A DNA stretch of 63,980 nucleotides, the filler included, from Octopus bimaculoides (taxonomy: Eukaryota), in the NCBI RefSeq assembly GCF_001194135.2. It is 4 parts of 4 records of this genome, joined end to end, with 100 filler letters (N's around TTAATTAATTAA, not from the genome) between each part and the next. Parts side by side here need not be neighbours in the genome. Positions count along the whole stretch, not along the records: positions 1 to 25,635 come from NC_068987.1; positions 25,736 to 47,308 come from NC_068982.1; 2 more parts are not named here. One strand, written 5' to 3'. The notes beneath the pieces were generated by a model that saw only the letters and a list, made by a program, of their open reading frames with translations, did not search any database and was not told where the DNA came from. The first letter of the stretch is position 1. Each line of letters begins with the position of its first letter. This document shows positions 25,357 through 37,863 of the stretch, one piece after another. A program made the translations under genes and the position numbers.

Positions 25357-25635
25357 ATCATCTTCTCATCATCTTCATTTAACGTCCGCTTTCCATGCTA
25401 GCATGGGTTGGACGATTTGACTGAGTACTGGTGAAACCAGATGGCTACACCAGGCTCCAATCTGGTTTGGCAGAGTTTCTACAGCTGGATGCCCTTCCTA
25501 ACGCCAACCACTCAGAGAATGTAGTGGGTGCTTTTTACGTGTCACCCGCACGAAGGCCAGTCAGGCGGTACTGGCAATGGCCACGCTCAAAATGCTGCAT
25601 TTCATGTGTCACCCGCACAAGAGCCAGTCCAGGGG
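25357..25635 (-). mobile_element. RTE LINE 3' UTR-derived short element
   Basis: catcttcatttaacgtccgctttccatgctagcatgggttggacg...ggatgcccttcctaacgccaacc is the reverse complement of the RTE 3' UTR (55900-56100). Similar copies at ~12370, 19260, 26440, 28860(+), 32085, 33970, 35470, 44925 and 58622. Confidence 0.9.
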
Positions 25636-26689
25636 NNNNNNNNNNNNNNNNNNNNNNNNNNNNNNNNNNNNNNNNNNNNTTAATTAATTAANNNNNNNNN
25701 NNNNNNNNNNNNNNNNNNNNNNNNNNNNNNNNNNNTGGCAACATGACTTATGGACTCTTCCACTTTTTTATTGGACAATGCTGACTTCTCCAAGAACAAT
25801 GCTCACTCGGCTGATATCAGTGATTGGCTAAGTTGCTCATAGACGTAACCTAGAGGGACAGGCCCCTTATTTTTTGGTTAAGGCTGTGGTAAGTTTTCCT
25901 AAGCTGCTCCAATTCAGATCCCCAATGCAAACATTCAGATCAACATTCTCTTATGCAGATCTCTAATGCAACTTAAAAAAAGCAGTCAATGAGTGGAAAT
26001 AACCAATACATTGATTCCTTATGGAATTTTACAATCAAATTGCCAGCAAACCATTTTCAGCTAACCAATTTCAACGGATTCAGCGCAAATCTGATGTCAA
26101 TGTTACTTATTTTGGTTTAAAATAACGCACTTGATCACTTCATAATCCTAGCTTAATCCTGGGCAACGCCAGGCTATACTGCTAGTAGTATATAAAATAT
26201 TGGATTGTTGGCTTATGAATCAGGATGTCAGACTTGTTGCAGGCAGTTTGTTATGTTTCTGGTCAAAATTCTTCTACATTGTCATAGTTCATATAATGTT
26301 AGTAATCAGTACCAGATCATTTGGGAATAATGTCTGTGATAGACTAGCATCCTATCCACTGTTAAGTTTATCTATATGGAGCTGGATCTAAAAACAGCCT
26401 TTAAAAATCCTCACCTATAATCATAAGGTCAATGCATCATCATCGTCATAATTATCGTCTTTTTAATGTCTACGTTTTCATATTGACATTAGTCATATGA
26501 AGTTTGTTGAGGCAGATTTTCTATAAATAGATATACCTCCTGTCACCAACCCTCACCTGTTTTCAAGCAAGGTAATATTTCCCTATGGCTGAACATGTTT
26601 TCCTGGAAGATTAGAAATGAATGCCACTGCGTATATGATGGTAACACCCGTTAATAACTATTGTGCAATATGAAGACACAATACATATG

Positions 26690-28190
26690 CAACCCCATGA
26701 TTGACCAAGAAGTAGGGAGTAGAGAATCACTCAAATATGGGTATTCAAGATAATACACACATTAGATTGGAAATAGGACCAATACAAAGGAATATAGAGG
26801 AGACGGGAAGTGGCTACAAGTGCAGGCAGTACCATAAAACATTTGGTATCCAAATTAGATTGAAGATCCATCAGAGCAAGAAGTGTTTGAAGAAATCAAA
26901 ACAGTGTTGGTCATTTGACTGTCAGATATGAAGCAAATCATCTCAGGAGTCAAACCACAGTGGATTGATAAATGCTTCAGCTGCAATTCTTTCAAAGTCT
27001 TTAGGTCAAGATGCCTCTTCACCAGATGAGACGATGAAGAAACTAAAGGTTTTGTGGCCAGCTGCAAATAAGAAGGCCAGTTAGAACACATTTAGAAAGA
27101 AAGTGTGCAAGATACTTCATAAAATGGCATCAACCCAAGACAAGCTGAATAAGGTTGCAAGTACAGTCTATGAGATTTCAAGTTATTTTGTGTAAAGGAG
27201 GGTGGTAAGAAGCTATTTGCTAAGCCCAGCGAAAGCAGGCACAAAAGACAGATGAAACAGTTAAAAAGAGAGATCTTATGGAAGCTGTAGAAACAGGCCA
27301 GTCTCGAGGACAAGGCAGATCTAAAGAAAAAGTGCCATAACATGCAAATAGATATCACATGCATTGAAAGAAGAAAGGAAAGTAAGCAGACAAGAGAGCA
27401 GTTCCTTAACTCTTATGAGGTTACCAGGAAGCTGTTTGTTGAGGATAAGAGTGACAGGCTAAAATACACTATAGATGAACTGGATAGGCATATACAGGAG
27501 ACATACAGTGACCCAAAGTGAGATCAAACATTCCCACCCATAAATGGTTTGAAATGCCTAATGAAACCAGGAATCAAATTTCAAGCTGATGATTTAGGCA
27601 GGAAAGAAGTAGACATACTTGGGAAAAAGGCAAGAGCAAAGAGTGCAGCAGGTGGTGGAGTGCCATACAAAGTGTACAAGTATTATACTCAATTATGTGA
27701 CCAGCTTTACCTACTACTTAGACAGTTGTGGTGTAAAGGTGAACTGGTTTATGACTGGTGCAAGGCAGAAGGAGTTTACTTACCAAAAGAAGCTGAAGTA
27801 GAACTGATTGGCCAGTTCAGACCAGTTTCAATCCTGAGTGTGAATGATAAGATTTACATGGGTGTACTTGTTAAGAGAACAGCCACATATCTACAAGTTA
27901 ATGGATTTGTGACTGAAAGTGTCCCGAAGGCTGGAATCCCCAGAATTCCTGGGTGTGTGGAACATACATCTTCAATCTGGTATGTGATACAAGATGTGAA
28001 GAAAAACAAAAGGCATTTGAATATTGGCTGGATGTGGCTAATGGTTATGGTTCTGTACCACATAAATTGTTGATGGAAGCAATGGACATCTTTTATATTC
28101 TGGAGAAAATTATGGTTCTGATGAGGAACTACTATAACAACTTCCAAATGCGACTCATGACAGAAACTTTTATCCTGATGACAGAGGCTG
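26690..28190 (+). mobile_element. HERO-like (R2 superfamily, RLE-type) non-LTR retrotransposon, 3' truncated
   Basis: N-terminal LKIHQSKKC zinc-finger remnant, WPAANKKASW, and RT segment VPYKVYK..QL..LLRQLW.KG...WCKAEGVYLPKE...GQFRPVSILSV..KIYMGVL...KAGIP.IPGCVEH...WLDVANGYGSVPHKLL. Multiple stops and frameshifts. Confidence 0.75.
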
Positions 28191-28639
28191 GCTTTATGGT
28201 GTTTATATGCATCCACTACTGGTTGCATTTCTTTGGCAGTTTTTTCACACTCCATCTGCCAACATTACAACTATTACGTAATTCCAAGCCCCCAGAAACA
28301 GCTGTTGGACCTGAAATACCATGCTTTCTCCCTTTAGCTTTCTGTATTTTTTGTACTCCATGTTAATTTGCTCTGTAAATATATAAATCTCTATATGCTT
28401 ATACATGAGTGTTCATCTGATGAATAATTTCAGTTTTTGTTTCTCTATATATCTCTAGATATTCACATATGGATTTCTATGTATGTATATTTCTATGTAT
28501 GTATACAGTAGTTCATCATGAAGAAGAGAAAAAGTTTAACATTTCAGGACTAGACTCTTGGCGAAGGCTCAAATGTTTAGGAAATAATTGGTGCTTTGTT
28601 ACCAGATTCAGCAACAATCAAAACAAAAGATAATAATTT

Positions 28640-29065
28640 TGATATATTCTTTTATTATTTTACTTGTTTCAGTCATTTGACTGTTGCCATGCTGGAACAC
28701 CACCTTGAAGGGTTTTTAGTGGAACAATTTGACCCCAGGACTTTTTTTTCTAGTCTAGTACTTATTCTAATTGTCTGCTAAGTTATGGGGATGTAAACAC
28801 ACCAGCACTAGTTATCAAGCAGTGATAGGGGAACAGACACACACACACGTTGCCAGTATTGCCTGACTGGCCTTCGTGCAGGTGACACATAAAAGCACCT
28901 ACTACACTCTCTGAGTGGTTGGCATTAGGAAGGGCATCCAGCTGTAGAAACTCTGCCAAATTTAGATTGGAGCCTGGTGTTGCCATCCGGTTTCACCAGT
29001 CCTCAGTCAAATCGTCCAACCCATGCTAGCATGGAAAGCGGACGTTAAACGATGATGATGATGGT
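28640..29065. mobile_element. SINE 3' part (minus, ~28640-28850) abutting an RTE 3' tail (plus, ~28850-29065)
   Basis: ttttacttgtttcagtcatttgactg...ccatgctgg matches the reverse complement of the 36172-36540 SINE end. The second part ends gcggacgttaaacgatgatgatg. Confidence 0.8.
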
Positions 29066-29249
29066 GATGCAAACAGGAAAAATAGAACTAAAAATATGAG
29101 TGTATGTATATTTTTAATATCTAGCTGAAGCAACAGAGTGACTCAAGGGCCAAGAGGTTTGTGCATTGGTACATATTGAAGTGTTTGATAAGCACCAATG
29201 CATGAAACTCAGCCCTTGAGTTACTCTGTTGCTTCTGCTAAGTATTAAT

Positions 29250-29591
29250 AATGCTGAGACCCCCTTCGGTCATGACTGACCATGGGATTGTACCTAGAAA
29301 GTTACCCTCCCAGGCACAAGTCCAGGCAAGGTTGTTTATGGAAAACCAGCAGTCGCCCATGCACACCGGCCTCCCCTCTCCACGCCACCAGTGTTATCCA
29401 AGGGAAAGGCAAAGGCTGATACAGCTTGGCACCAGTGATGTCGTCACTCATTTCTACAGATGAGTGAACTGGAGCAACATGAAATAAAGTGTCTTGCTCA
29501 AGAACACAACATGTAGCCTGGTCTGGGATTCGAACTCACAACCTCACGATTGTAAGCTCAACGCTCTAACCACTGACCCATGTGCCTTCAC
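29250..29591 (-). mobile_element. tRNA-derived SINE, apparently complete
   Basis: Reverse complement reads gtgaaggcacatgggtcagtggttagagcg...gagttcgaatccc (tRNA head), then tgttcttgagcaagacactttatttca and a body. Confidence 0.85.
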
Positions 29592-31610
29592 ATTAATAAT
29601 ATATATATATATGTGTGTGTGTGTATGTAGTATGTATGTATATATGTCTGTAGTGTGTATATATGTCTATGCAGTGTGTATGTATATGCACGCGTGTGTG
29701 TGTGAACTTTCAGTTTCTGTCTACCAAATCTATTCACACAAGGCTTTGATCATCCTAGGATTGTAGAATATCCAAAGTGTCATGCAAACCATGTGATTCG
29801 GGAAGTGAACTCCTTAACCACTCAGTCATACCTAATTAACAAAAAAATTCATCAACTTTTTTTTTGCTTTTAATATCGTTGGGAAATCATTGTCACTGAT
29901 GCATCCCTATCATCACCAAAGCTGGTTGTGGTGTTAACAGAGATTTCTATGGTTTTAGAAGTATTTCCCATATGCACATTGTTTGTATGTGCCATAACAT
30001 TAAGCAACATGCCATATAGCATAGCAACTAACTCTTTGTAAGAATATATTTCTCGACTTGTTTTACATTTAAATTTGCAATTAAACACCTGTGAGAAAAT
30101 AATCACTGCAACAGCTGAGCAATCATGAAGAATCGTGATTTCAACTAATTTGCAGCTAGAAGAAGGAATGATTTCTCAGTCAATACTTAAGAATAAGACC
30201 ATCTGTGCTATAACACATAAAAAAATATAGGAATCAATTCATTCTGTTAAAACTGCTACAATTATTTAAGATTACCCTTTTGATAACCAACCCACTTGAA
30301 GCCATCCCTGTTTGTAAAGTCATTTAAATAAAATCTTTATTTAAAATGTGAAATGCCATGTTAATTTATGTTCCAATTGTCAGCTTATTAATGACAAACT
30401 TACTCTACTAAATTCCTCATTATTTTCAAAATTAATTGAAACCACAGCAGGGAATTTTAACAGAAATATGGTAACAAAAACGTTAAAGTGATCTGAATTA
30501 AAATCCTACAACAAAATTCCATTTTAAGGTTTTGTTCCAAACACCAGCTTCATGATGACAAAATTATTCTACTAAATTCTTTATTATTTTCAAAATTAAT
30601 TGAAACAAAAGCAGTGTAGTTTTCAACAGGGTTAAATATAGCAAATTTCTTTGCATAAGAAATTCCAGTTAAAAAATAGAGCAACTGAAGTAGAATTGTG
30701 AATACCACTGACTCTGAACTACAAAGTGAAAACATAGATCATTATCATACATCCACTTTCCTTGTTGGCATGGATTGAGTGGGTCAGCATGGTCCAAGTC
30801 ATTTCATATTTGGAATTACTGCTCAAGAGAATTTTCTCTCAAGACTAACTCCTGAGTGGGAGGTCTTCTCACATCTAGGTGAACCCTGAAAGTATGTGCT
30901 CTGTAGAAGTGAGTGGGGATAGAAGAAATCAGAGTGAGGATGTGTAGAGTTTTAAAGAGTGTATGGGGGAGTGAAGGTGAGGAATAAGTGAGAGGAAGGG
31001 TTGGGTAGGGTTGAAGGATGGGTGTAGTAAATAGTGGACAAGAAGTGGGGGATGACTGACAGTGGAGAAAAAAAGGGAGAGAAAGTAGCAGAATAATAAT
31101 AAGGATACAGTAAACAGGAGAAGGATGAGAGATATGTGGTTCTGTAGGTTGCAGGAGTGTGTTGGGGAGAGGAACTAAGTATTGCAATACATTTAATCCA
31201 ATGTATTGGCCTTTTCCACCTCATTATTTTATGTCTGGTATTAATTATACTTATCATCATCATGTAATAACTGTATTCTATGCTGGCATAGGATGGATGG
31301 TTCAACAGGAGCTGATGAACTGGAAGAATGTCGAGAGCCCCAATGTCTGTTACATATTTTTACATTTCTATCTTATAACACTTGTAGAGCTAGCTTTCTG
31401 TGATGATGTAAGTTGAAAAGTTTTACACATTCAGATATTTTGATAAATTATTATTGCCAAATAAATCTTTAAAATATCAGCATGTACTACTTTGTGTATA
31501 TATGGTGTGTTTTCATGTTTCAACATACATTTGTGTGCATGCATATGTGTATGAGTGTCTACGAAGGTACCACTATTTTCATATTTGTCAATATTGTTTT
31601 TCTTGTACAG

Positions 31611-31659
31611 AGGAGCTGAAAGCAAACCAGCCAACTGGTGTCAATGCTGAAACTTGCAA
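31611..31659 (+). CDS. Coding exon A of unrecognised host gene (xEELKANQPTGVNAETCK)
   Basis: Acceptor tttttcttgtacag, donor gtatgt, 49 nt, phase 1 to 2. Terminal aa joins a of exon 33707 to give Lys in an open frame. Confidence 0.7.
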
Positions 31660-32398
31660 GTATGTTATTTCTTTCTTTAAATCTGTTTTTCCTTCCTTGC
31701 AGCCTCTCTGTTACTCCTTCCTGAACACATTAAATATCTTGCATAACTCTAAGATAAACATTTTCTCCAATTATTCATTCCTATTTGTGTTCCCACTCCA
31801 ATCAATAACTTGCAGCATTAACCACACTAACTTCATCCATCTACCTCTACTTTCCCAGTCTGTAAATCTGCATTTGAAAAAGTTATGGAAACTGGCCACT
31901 TTCATTGCAATAAAGAAAAGCAACTGCATCATTATATATAAATGAAAAGTTATTGTTTAAGAATTCTTTGGGTTATCTCATACTGAATTTAGAATGGTTG
32001 AGTTTATAGAATTTTGGGCAAGTGACTAAGAAGTTTGCATTTGGTTATTTTGTTATTAGTGTTTCACTGTATCCTTGGCCACAATATCATTATCAGCATT
32101 TAATGCCCCCCTTTTTCCATGCTGGTATAGGTTGGATGGTTCAATAAGAACCAGTGAGCCAGAGGTCTGCACTATGCTCTAGTGTCTGCTTTGGCATGGT
32201 TTTATGGTTGGATGCCTTTCCTAATGCCGACCACTTTATCGAGTGTACTGGGTGCTTTTTTCATGGTGCCAGCACCAGTAGCTCTCATCTACTACAAGTG
32301 ATCTCACATTCATAACATAGCCAAAACTGAATCCCCAAAACTAATCTTCCTCTACAGAACCAGGAAATATTTCATCAAGCAAAATACCTCACTGTATT

Positions 32399-32955
32399 TA
32401 GTTGTATGCTGTCAACTTAATATGACAGTCCCCTGAAGGGAATAATACTACTGTTGGTTAGACCTAGGAAGCTGCACCGCTTCCTGTCGGCCTTGACACA
32501 TTTCCTGTGTCCTTATGTTTAAAAGGGGGAGACAAGCACCTCTACCCAGCTAAGCCTGCATTCAGAGACATGTTTCTGAGTCTTTGCTCGTCATCAGTCT
32601 GGAGTAGCATGACCCGCTAGTCGAAGATGCCTGTCAAGCTCTTGTAAACATAATAATTCTAGTGAAATACATTTACTGATTTCAAATTTAGAAGTAATAC
32701 ATTTCTAAATCTCTCAGATTTATGCATTTGTGATACAATGTAGTTGTATGCTGTCAACTTGTCTCCCTCTTGTAAACATAAGGACACAGGAAATGTGTCA
32801 AGGCCGACAGGAAGTGATGCAGCTTTCTAGGTCTAACCAACAGTCGTATTATTCCCTTCAGGGGACTGTCACATTAAGTTGACAGCATACAACTACTTCA
32901 TCATATCACTACTGCATAAATCTCTCTGAGAGATTTAGAAATGTATTATTTCTCA
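32399..32955. mobile_element. Penelope-like inverted-repeat element (arms 32399-32536 / 32758-32895) with internal hammerhead
   Basis: The arms are near-perfect reverse complements. tagttgtatgctgtcaactt also recurs directly at ~32741, and there is a second inversion at ~32690-32735/32905-32950. Confidence 0.8.
32561..32603 (-). ncRNA. Minimal type I hammerhead ribozyme, one substitution from canonical
   Basis: Minus strand reads tccaga-CTGATGA-cgag-caaaga-ctca-GAAAC-at-GTC-tctgaa. Stem I caga/tctg, palindromic ACATGT stem III, GUC triplet. The closing C-A mismatch of stem II fits CpG decay of ctcg. Confidence 0.8.
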
Positions 32956-33109
32956 CTGTATTTGTTCTAAACTTTGCTTTCATCCTTTCAGAGTTGATAA
33001 AAAGAAAAATACCATTCCAAAACAATGGACTGGTGGAACTGTTATAATGTTGAGCTAGATATCTTGTGATATTTGTTCCAGTTCTTTATATACTGAGTTC
33101 AAATCCTAC

Positions 33110-33375
33110 CATAAACCATTGGGGAGGTAAACTTATTCCCTCAACCGATACCTTCAGCAGAATTCATTCTAGTTTATTTGGAAGAACACGTCACATCCCA
33201 TAGACCATTGGGGTGGTAAACTTATTCCCTCAACTGATACCTTCAGNNNNNNNNNNGTTTATTTGGAAGAACACGTCACATCCCATAGACCATTGGGGTG
33301 GTAAACTTATTCCCTCAACTGATACCTTCAGCAGAATTCATTCTAGTTTATTTAGAAGAACACATGTCACATCCA
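33110..33375. repeat. ~89-bp tandem repeat, three copies spanning a small gap
   Basis: cata(a/g)accattgggg(a/t)ggtaaacttattccctcaac(c/t)gataccttcagcagaattcattctagtttattt(g/a)gaagaacac..gtcacatcc recurs at ~33110, 33199 and 33284. Confidence 0.85.
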
Positions 33376-33706
33376 AGAGTTATTTGTTCCATCGAAGGTT
33401 GATGGATGGTTATTAATTTACTTAAATTTGAAAATATTCTTATTTTTCTGATAATCACAAAAGTCAACTGGAACAAAGTTTTATTTTATCATTACTGTTT
33501 AGTTGTAAATTCTGTCTGTAAAGTAAGGAATGGAACTAATTTTGATATTGTTTCTAAAACCAGCCAATCAATTAACCTATTTACATAGTTTTAAACAAAA
33601 CTTTTCATAAATGAATAACTTTAAAAAAAAACAACGAACACTTGAAATGTCAGTGATTGGTGGTATTTCAAGCTACATACATAAAATTATATTGTTTTCC
33701 TTGTAG

Positions 33707-33850
33707 AGCTTGCAAAGATCAATGGGTGTTTGACCAAAAGGCATTTTTAAATGGCATTGATAAAGTACTTGGCCCAACAGCATTGCTTCAACTGAAAAAT
33801 GCTGGTGTTGACATTGGAAACTATGCTCTTGAAATATCTGCTCAGCTGAA
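33707..33850 (+). CDS. Coding exon B of host gene (ACKDQWVFDQKAFLNGIDKVLGPTALLQLKNAGVDIGNYALEISAQLK)
   Basis: Acceptor ttgttttccttgtag, donor gtgagt, 144 nt, phase 2 to 2. Protein-like composition and in frame with exons on both sides. Confidence 0.85.
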
Positions 33851-34549
33851 GTGAGTAAATCCATTATTACCTATTCCATTATCTCTGTTTAATTGTATGT
33901 AATACTTCTTTGTTGTACGTGTATGTACAATGTAAAACTAATGTAAGTTTTATTTTCTTGAATGAGACTAGCTCATCATCATCATTCAACATCCATGTTC
34001 CATGCTAACATGTGCTGGATGATTTGATAGGATCCAATGAGTCCAAAGATTGTATCAGGTTCCAGTATTTGCTTTCATGTAGTTTCTATGGTTAGATGCC
34101 CTTCCTAACAGCAACTGTTTTACAGTGTTTACTGGGTGCTTTCCTCATGCTACTGGCACTAGTGAGGTTGCTATGCAGCTCAGATGACTACAAAACCTAA
34201 GGTGAGAGTGGCTTTATGCTAAGATATTAGGTTCAAAGTACAAAAGTAGGGAGAAGGGTGGAGCAGGTTCTTATTGTAGGGGAGGTCGATGGCTACTGAC
34301 ATTTAGTAGGAGAGAGTAATAATGAATCAGTGTAGCTGCAAAGAAATGATAGTGATGAGTTGTCTAGGCGGCACCTCAATATATGAGGTGAGTGGAAATT
34401 TGTCAGTGTTTTTGTCAAAAGCTTCATCTGGTTACTCAGAACTTACTTGAAAGTTGTTTTCAAGTCCTTAGCTGCTCATAGATTTATCAAAGTTCAATTT
34501 TGATGCTTACCACAGAATTGGGGAAGAAGTAATGATTTATAAGAGGGAG

Positions 34550-35450
34550 GAAAACTGGAAGTTTCTATGAGAATACTGACTAGATCTGGTGCAAATTCCC
34601 AGTCAACTAGTGTTATAGATGAAATCATAAACACTAAAAGACTGGCTTGGAAAACCTGGAAGAAAGTGGGTAGCAAAGAAAAATATCAAACAACTCAAAG
34701 AGAAGCTAGACTCCAGGTATATTTAGCAAGAGGAGAAGCAGAAAGAAAGAGGTTTTCACATGTTCTGTATCAGAGGTATGAGCTGTTTGAGTTTGCTAGG
34801 TGGTATATTAGAGAGAATTGAGATGTTGTGAGAAAGGTGTACAGAATGATAACACCACATTTGTTCTTACTGACAATGAAAAGAAACAGGCAAGGGAGCA
34901 TGACTATGTGGAGAATACATGGACGGGTAGAGTCTAACCCCAAAAGACTCTACAAAATAACCAGACAATAAAGTTGTCAGCAGTGTGGTAGATAGATGGA
35001 TTAAGGATGTAAAGGTAGTAAAGCAGTTGGTTCATTAGAGTTAGTTGTTGATATGTTTAACCCTGTAGCATTCAGATTACTCTGTCAAATGTAATACTTA
35101 TTTATTTGCATTGTTTCGACTTAATTGTGCATTATCTTGAAACTTTGAGATTTCAATGATGTGATTATTTATTTTCAGAATAATATTGTAGGGTAGGTGT
35201 GAGAAGCTGGATCTGGGCAGTTTAAACATAAAACAGGCAGAATAATTGAGCTGGATATGACCGGTTTCAATGCTAAAGGGTTAAAATATCTGGTGCAGTA
35301 GGGCACTGGCTAATCACTTATATAGCCAGTCAGCTAATACAAAGAGGTGCCATACCCAGTGACTGAAATAGCAGTATAATCACAAACAACTGGAAGGACA
35401 AAGGAGATGCTTGAGAGAGGAAATTATAGAGATATCAGATTGTTGGATTG
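34550..35450 (+). mobile_element. Old RTE LINE fragment split by a MITE
   Basis: KTWKKVGSKEKYQTTQREARLQVYLARGEAERKRFSHVL is homologous to the RTE at 52960-53100. NYRDIRLLD..MKIIE resumes after the MITE. Confidence 0.75.
35061..35280. mobile_element. piggyBac-like MITE
   Basis: TTAA on both sides (35057-60, 35281-84) and TIRs ccctgtagcatt / aatgctaaaggg. Related termini at ~21398 and ~45190. Confidence 0.85.
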
Positions 35451-36171
35451 GGCTATGAAAATCATAGAAAGGTCTTCATTGATGTCTTGACTTCCACTTT
35501 TCCATGCTTGCATGGTTAGATGGAATTTGCTGAGGCAGATTTTCTATGGCTGGATGCCCTTCCAGTTACCAACCCTTATGTTTCCTCATGTCCTGACATG
35601 TTTTCATAGAAGATTGGAAATGAACACCATAATCTATATGATGGTGGCACTAGTTTACAACAATCACATGATATCAAGATAATGGGATACAAACACACAT
35701 GCACACATCCCATTTACTCATACATGCATGCACATACACATGCCAGGTTCTGTGTACCAAATCCACTTACAAACTTTTGGTTGGTCTGGAGCTAGAGTAG
35801 AAAACACTTGGCTAAGGTGCCATGCATTAGGACTGAACCTAAAACCACATGGTTGGGAAACAAACTTCTTAACTACACAGTCTCGCCTGCACCTTAAAGA
35901 ATTATTGCAAAATTGATTAAAAAGAGGAGTAACCTGGATGTGATGTAGTTCTACTTTAACCAGGAGATTATTGGAGAAAAAGTACTTAACTAGAGTAACT
36001 AGGAGTAAGTCCTTATATTTAGCAATTGTCAACCTGGCTAGTAACGGTAGAGGGTCATGGGTTAGAGACACTAATGGCAGCTCTAAATATTTGCAGGAAA
36101 GGAAGAAAGCAAGTGATGGGTAATCAGTAATATTGCCTATGTACATATTTATGAGTGTGTGTGTATGTATA

Positions 36172-36540
36172 GGCACAGGAGTGACTGTGTGGTAGGTAGC
36201 TTGCTTACCAACCACATGGTTACGGGTTCAGTCCCACTGTATGGCACCTTGGGAAAGTGTCTTCTACTTTAGCCTCGGGCTGACCAAAGCCATGTGAGTG
36301 GATTTGGCAGACGGAAACTGAAAGAAGCCCATCATATATGTGTGTGTTTGTGTTTGTTCCCCCAACATCGCTTGACAACTGATGTTGGTGTGTTTATATC
36401 CTCGTAACTTAGTAGTTCAGCAAAAGAACTGATAGAATAAGTACTAGGTTTACAAAGAATAAGTCCTGGGGTCGATTTGCTTGACCAAAGGCAGTTCTCC
36501 AGCATTGCCGCAGTCAAATAACTGAAACAAATAAAAGAAT
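36172..36540 (+). mobile_element. tRNA-derived SINE, full length
   Basis: Head ggcacaggagtgactgtgtggtaggtagcttgc...gggttcagtccc, central ggcaccttgggaaagtgtctt box, and tail cagtcaaataactgaaacaaataaaaga. Confidence 0.85.
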
Positions 36541-37039
36541 ATATATATATATANNNNNNNNNNNNNNNNNNNNNNNNNNNNNNNNNNNNNNNNNNNNNNN
36601 NNNNNNNNNNNNNNNNNNNNNNNNNNNNNNNNNNNNNNNNNNNNNNNNNNNNNNNNNNNNNNNNNNNNNNNNNNNNNNNNNNNNNNNNNNNNNNNNNNNN
36701 NNNNNNNNNNNNNNNNNNNNNNNNNNNNNNNNNNNNNNNNNNNNNNNNNNNNNNNNNNNNNNNNNNNNNNNNNNNNNNNNNNNNNNNNNNNNNNNNNNNN
36801 NNNNNNNNNNNNNNNNNNNNNNNNNNNNNNNNNNNNNNNNNNNNNNNNNNNNNNNNNNNNNNNNNNNNNNNNNNNNNNNNNNNNNNNNNNNNNNNNNNNN
36901 NNNNNNNNNNNNNNNNNNNNNNNNNNNNNNNNNNNNNNNNNNNNNNNNNNNNNNNNNNNNNNNNNNNNNNNNNNNNNNNNNNNNNNNNNNNNNNNNNNNN
37001 NNNNNNNNNNNNNNNNNNNNNNNNCATTGGGGAAGTCAG

Positions 37040-37745
37040 ATGGGATTAACGGGATCCATGGAATGAAGACATTGTCGCCCTTATATTTCCCAAGAGAAAT
37101 GAATTTTGGCAGTAAGGACTAAACTTCTTCTTTCTTTATCACAATTAAAAAGTATTTATCTTTACTTTAAAAAAAGAGGTGGGGTCGTAGGTGTATGACG
37201 GAGAATTATTCAATATCGTGTTTGCTTCTATCAGAATTGTTTACTTTTAAAGCGAAAAAACAAAACTGATGTATATGACAAGTATGTAAAACATATTTCT
37301 GTTTTTGAAAAAAGTTTAAAATTTAGTGCCCCCCACTCTCCCTGAACCTTCCCCAAGTAATGAAAAACCTTCATGCTGAATTTAGTACAGATTGATCCAG
37401 CGGTTTGGCCATGCAGAACAATAGGCCATATGGTTAGGGGGAATTTGTAGATTCGATTTCGAATATGAAGTAGGACCAATATCCAAGTAGAAGTAGTCAC
37501 ACTAGATTTAAATATGAAATATCAAGTGTACTTTAGCTAATTTTAGTAGGTCCATCCCACAAACAATTATTTGAATAACTCTTGTCAGTATCTCTAATTT
37601 ATGTCACGGGAATATTGAACTTCAAACAGAACCTTCCCTGAATAAGGAAAAACCTTCATGCTAAATTTGGTACAGATTGTTCCAGCAGTTTGGCTGTGCA
37701 TAAAAGTAACACACACACCCACACGATTTTATACATATAGATATA
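37040..37745 (-). mobile_element. Helentron/DINE-1-like non-autonomous element fragment
   Basis: Duplicated unit gaaccttccc...aaaaccttcatgct.aattt.gtacagattg.tccagc.gtttgg (~37345, ~37630) followed by cacacac and tttatacatatagat, typical of DINE-like ends. Confidence 0.5.
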
Positions 37746-37829
37746 TACACACACATACACACACATGTTCACACACACACACATGTTCACACACACACAC
37801 ACACATGTTCACACACACACACACACATG

Positions 37830-37860
<31 letters not shown>

Positions 37861-37863
<3 letters not shown>

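Larger units (their letters stand above)
24135..26185 (+). mobile_element. Non-autonomous Helitron-like element interrupted by an RTE-tail insertion and gaps
   Basis: The 3' end has hairpin cctgg-gcaacg-ccagg (26158-26173) followed by CTAG|t (26182-26185), the Helitron terminal signature. The 5' end has the tgtttgtttgt...gattttgatgaaattttacac motif. Linking both ends into one element is inferred across gaps. Confidence 0.55.

Noticed and set aside
25680-25691. TTAATTAATTAA between N runs (also ~47353 and ~62767)
   Set aside because: Identical all-frame-stop spacer embedded in gaps; a scaffolding artefact, not biological.
30816-31305. Minus-strand Pro/Leu/Ser-rich ORFs
   Set aside because: Antisense of a GA-rich low-complexity tract; no splice or homology support.
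33110-33375. CRISPR-like array
   Set aside because: Whole units repeat with no unique spacers, the context is eukaryotic, and there are no cas genes.
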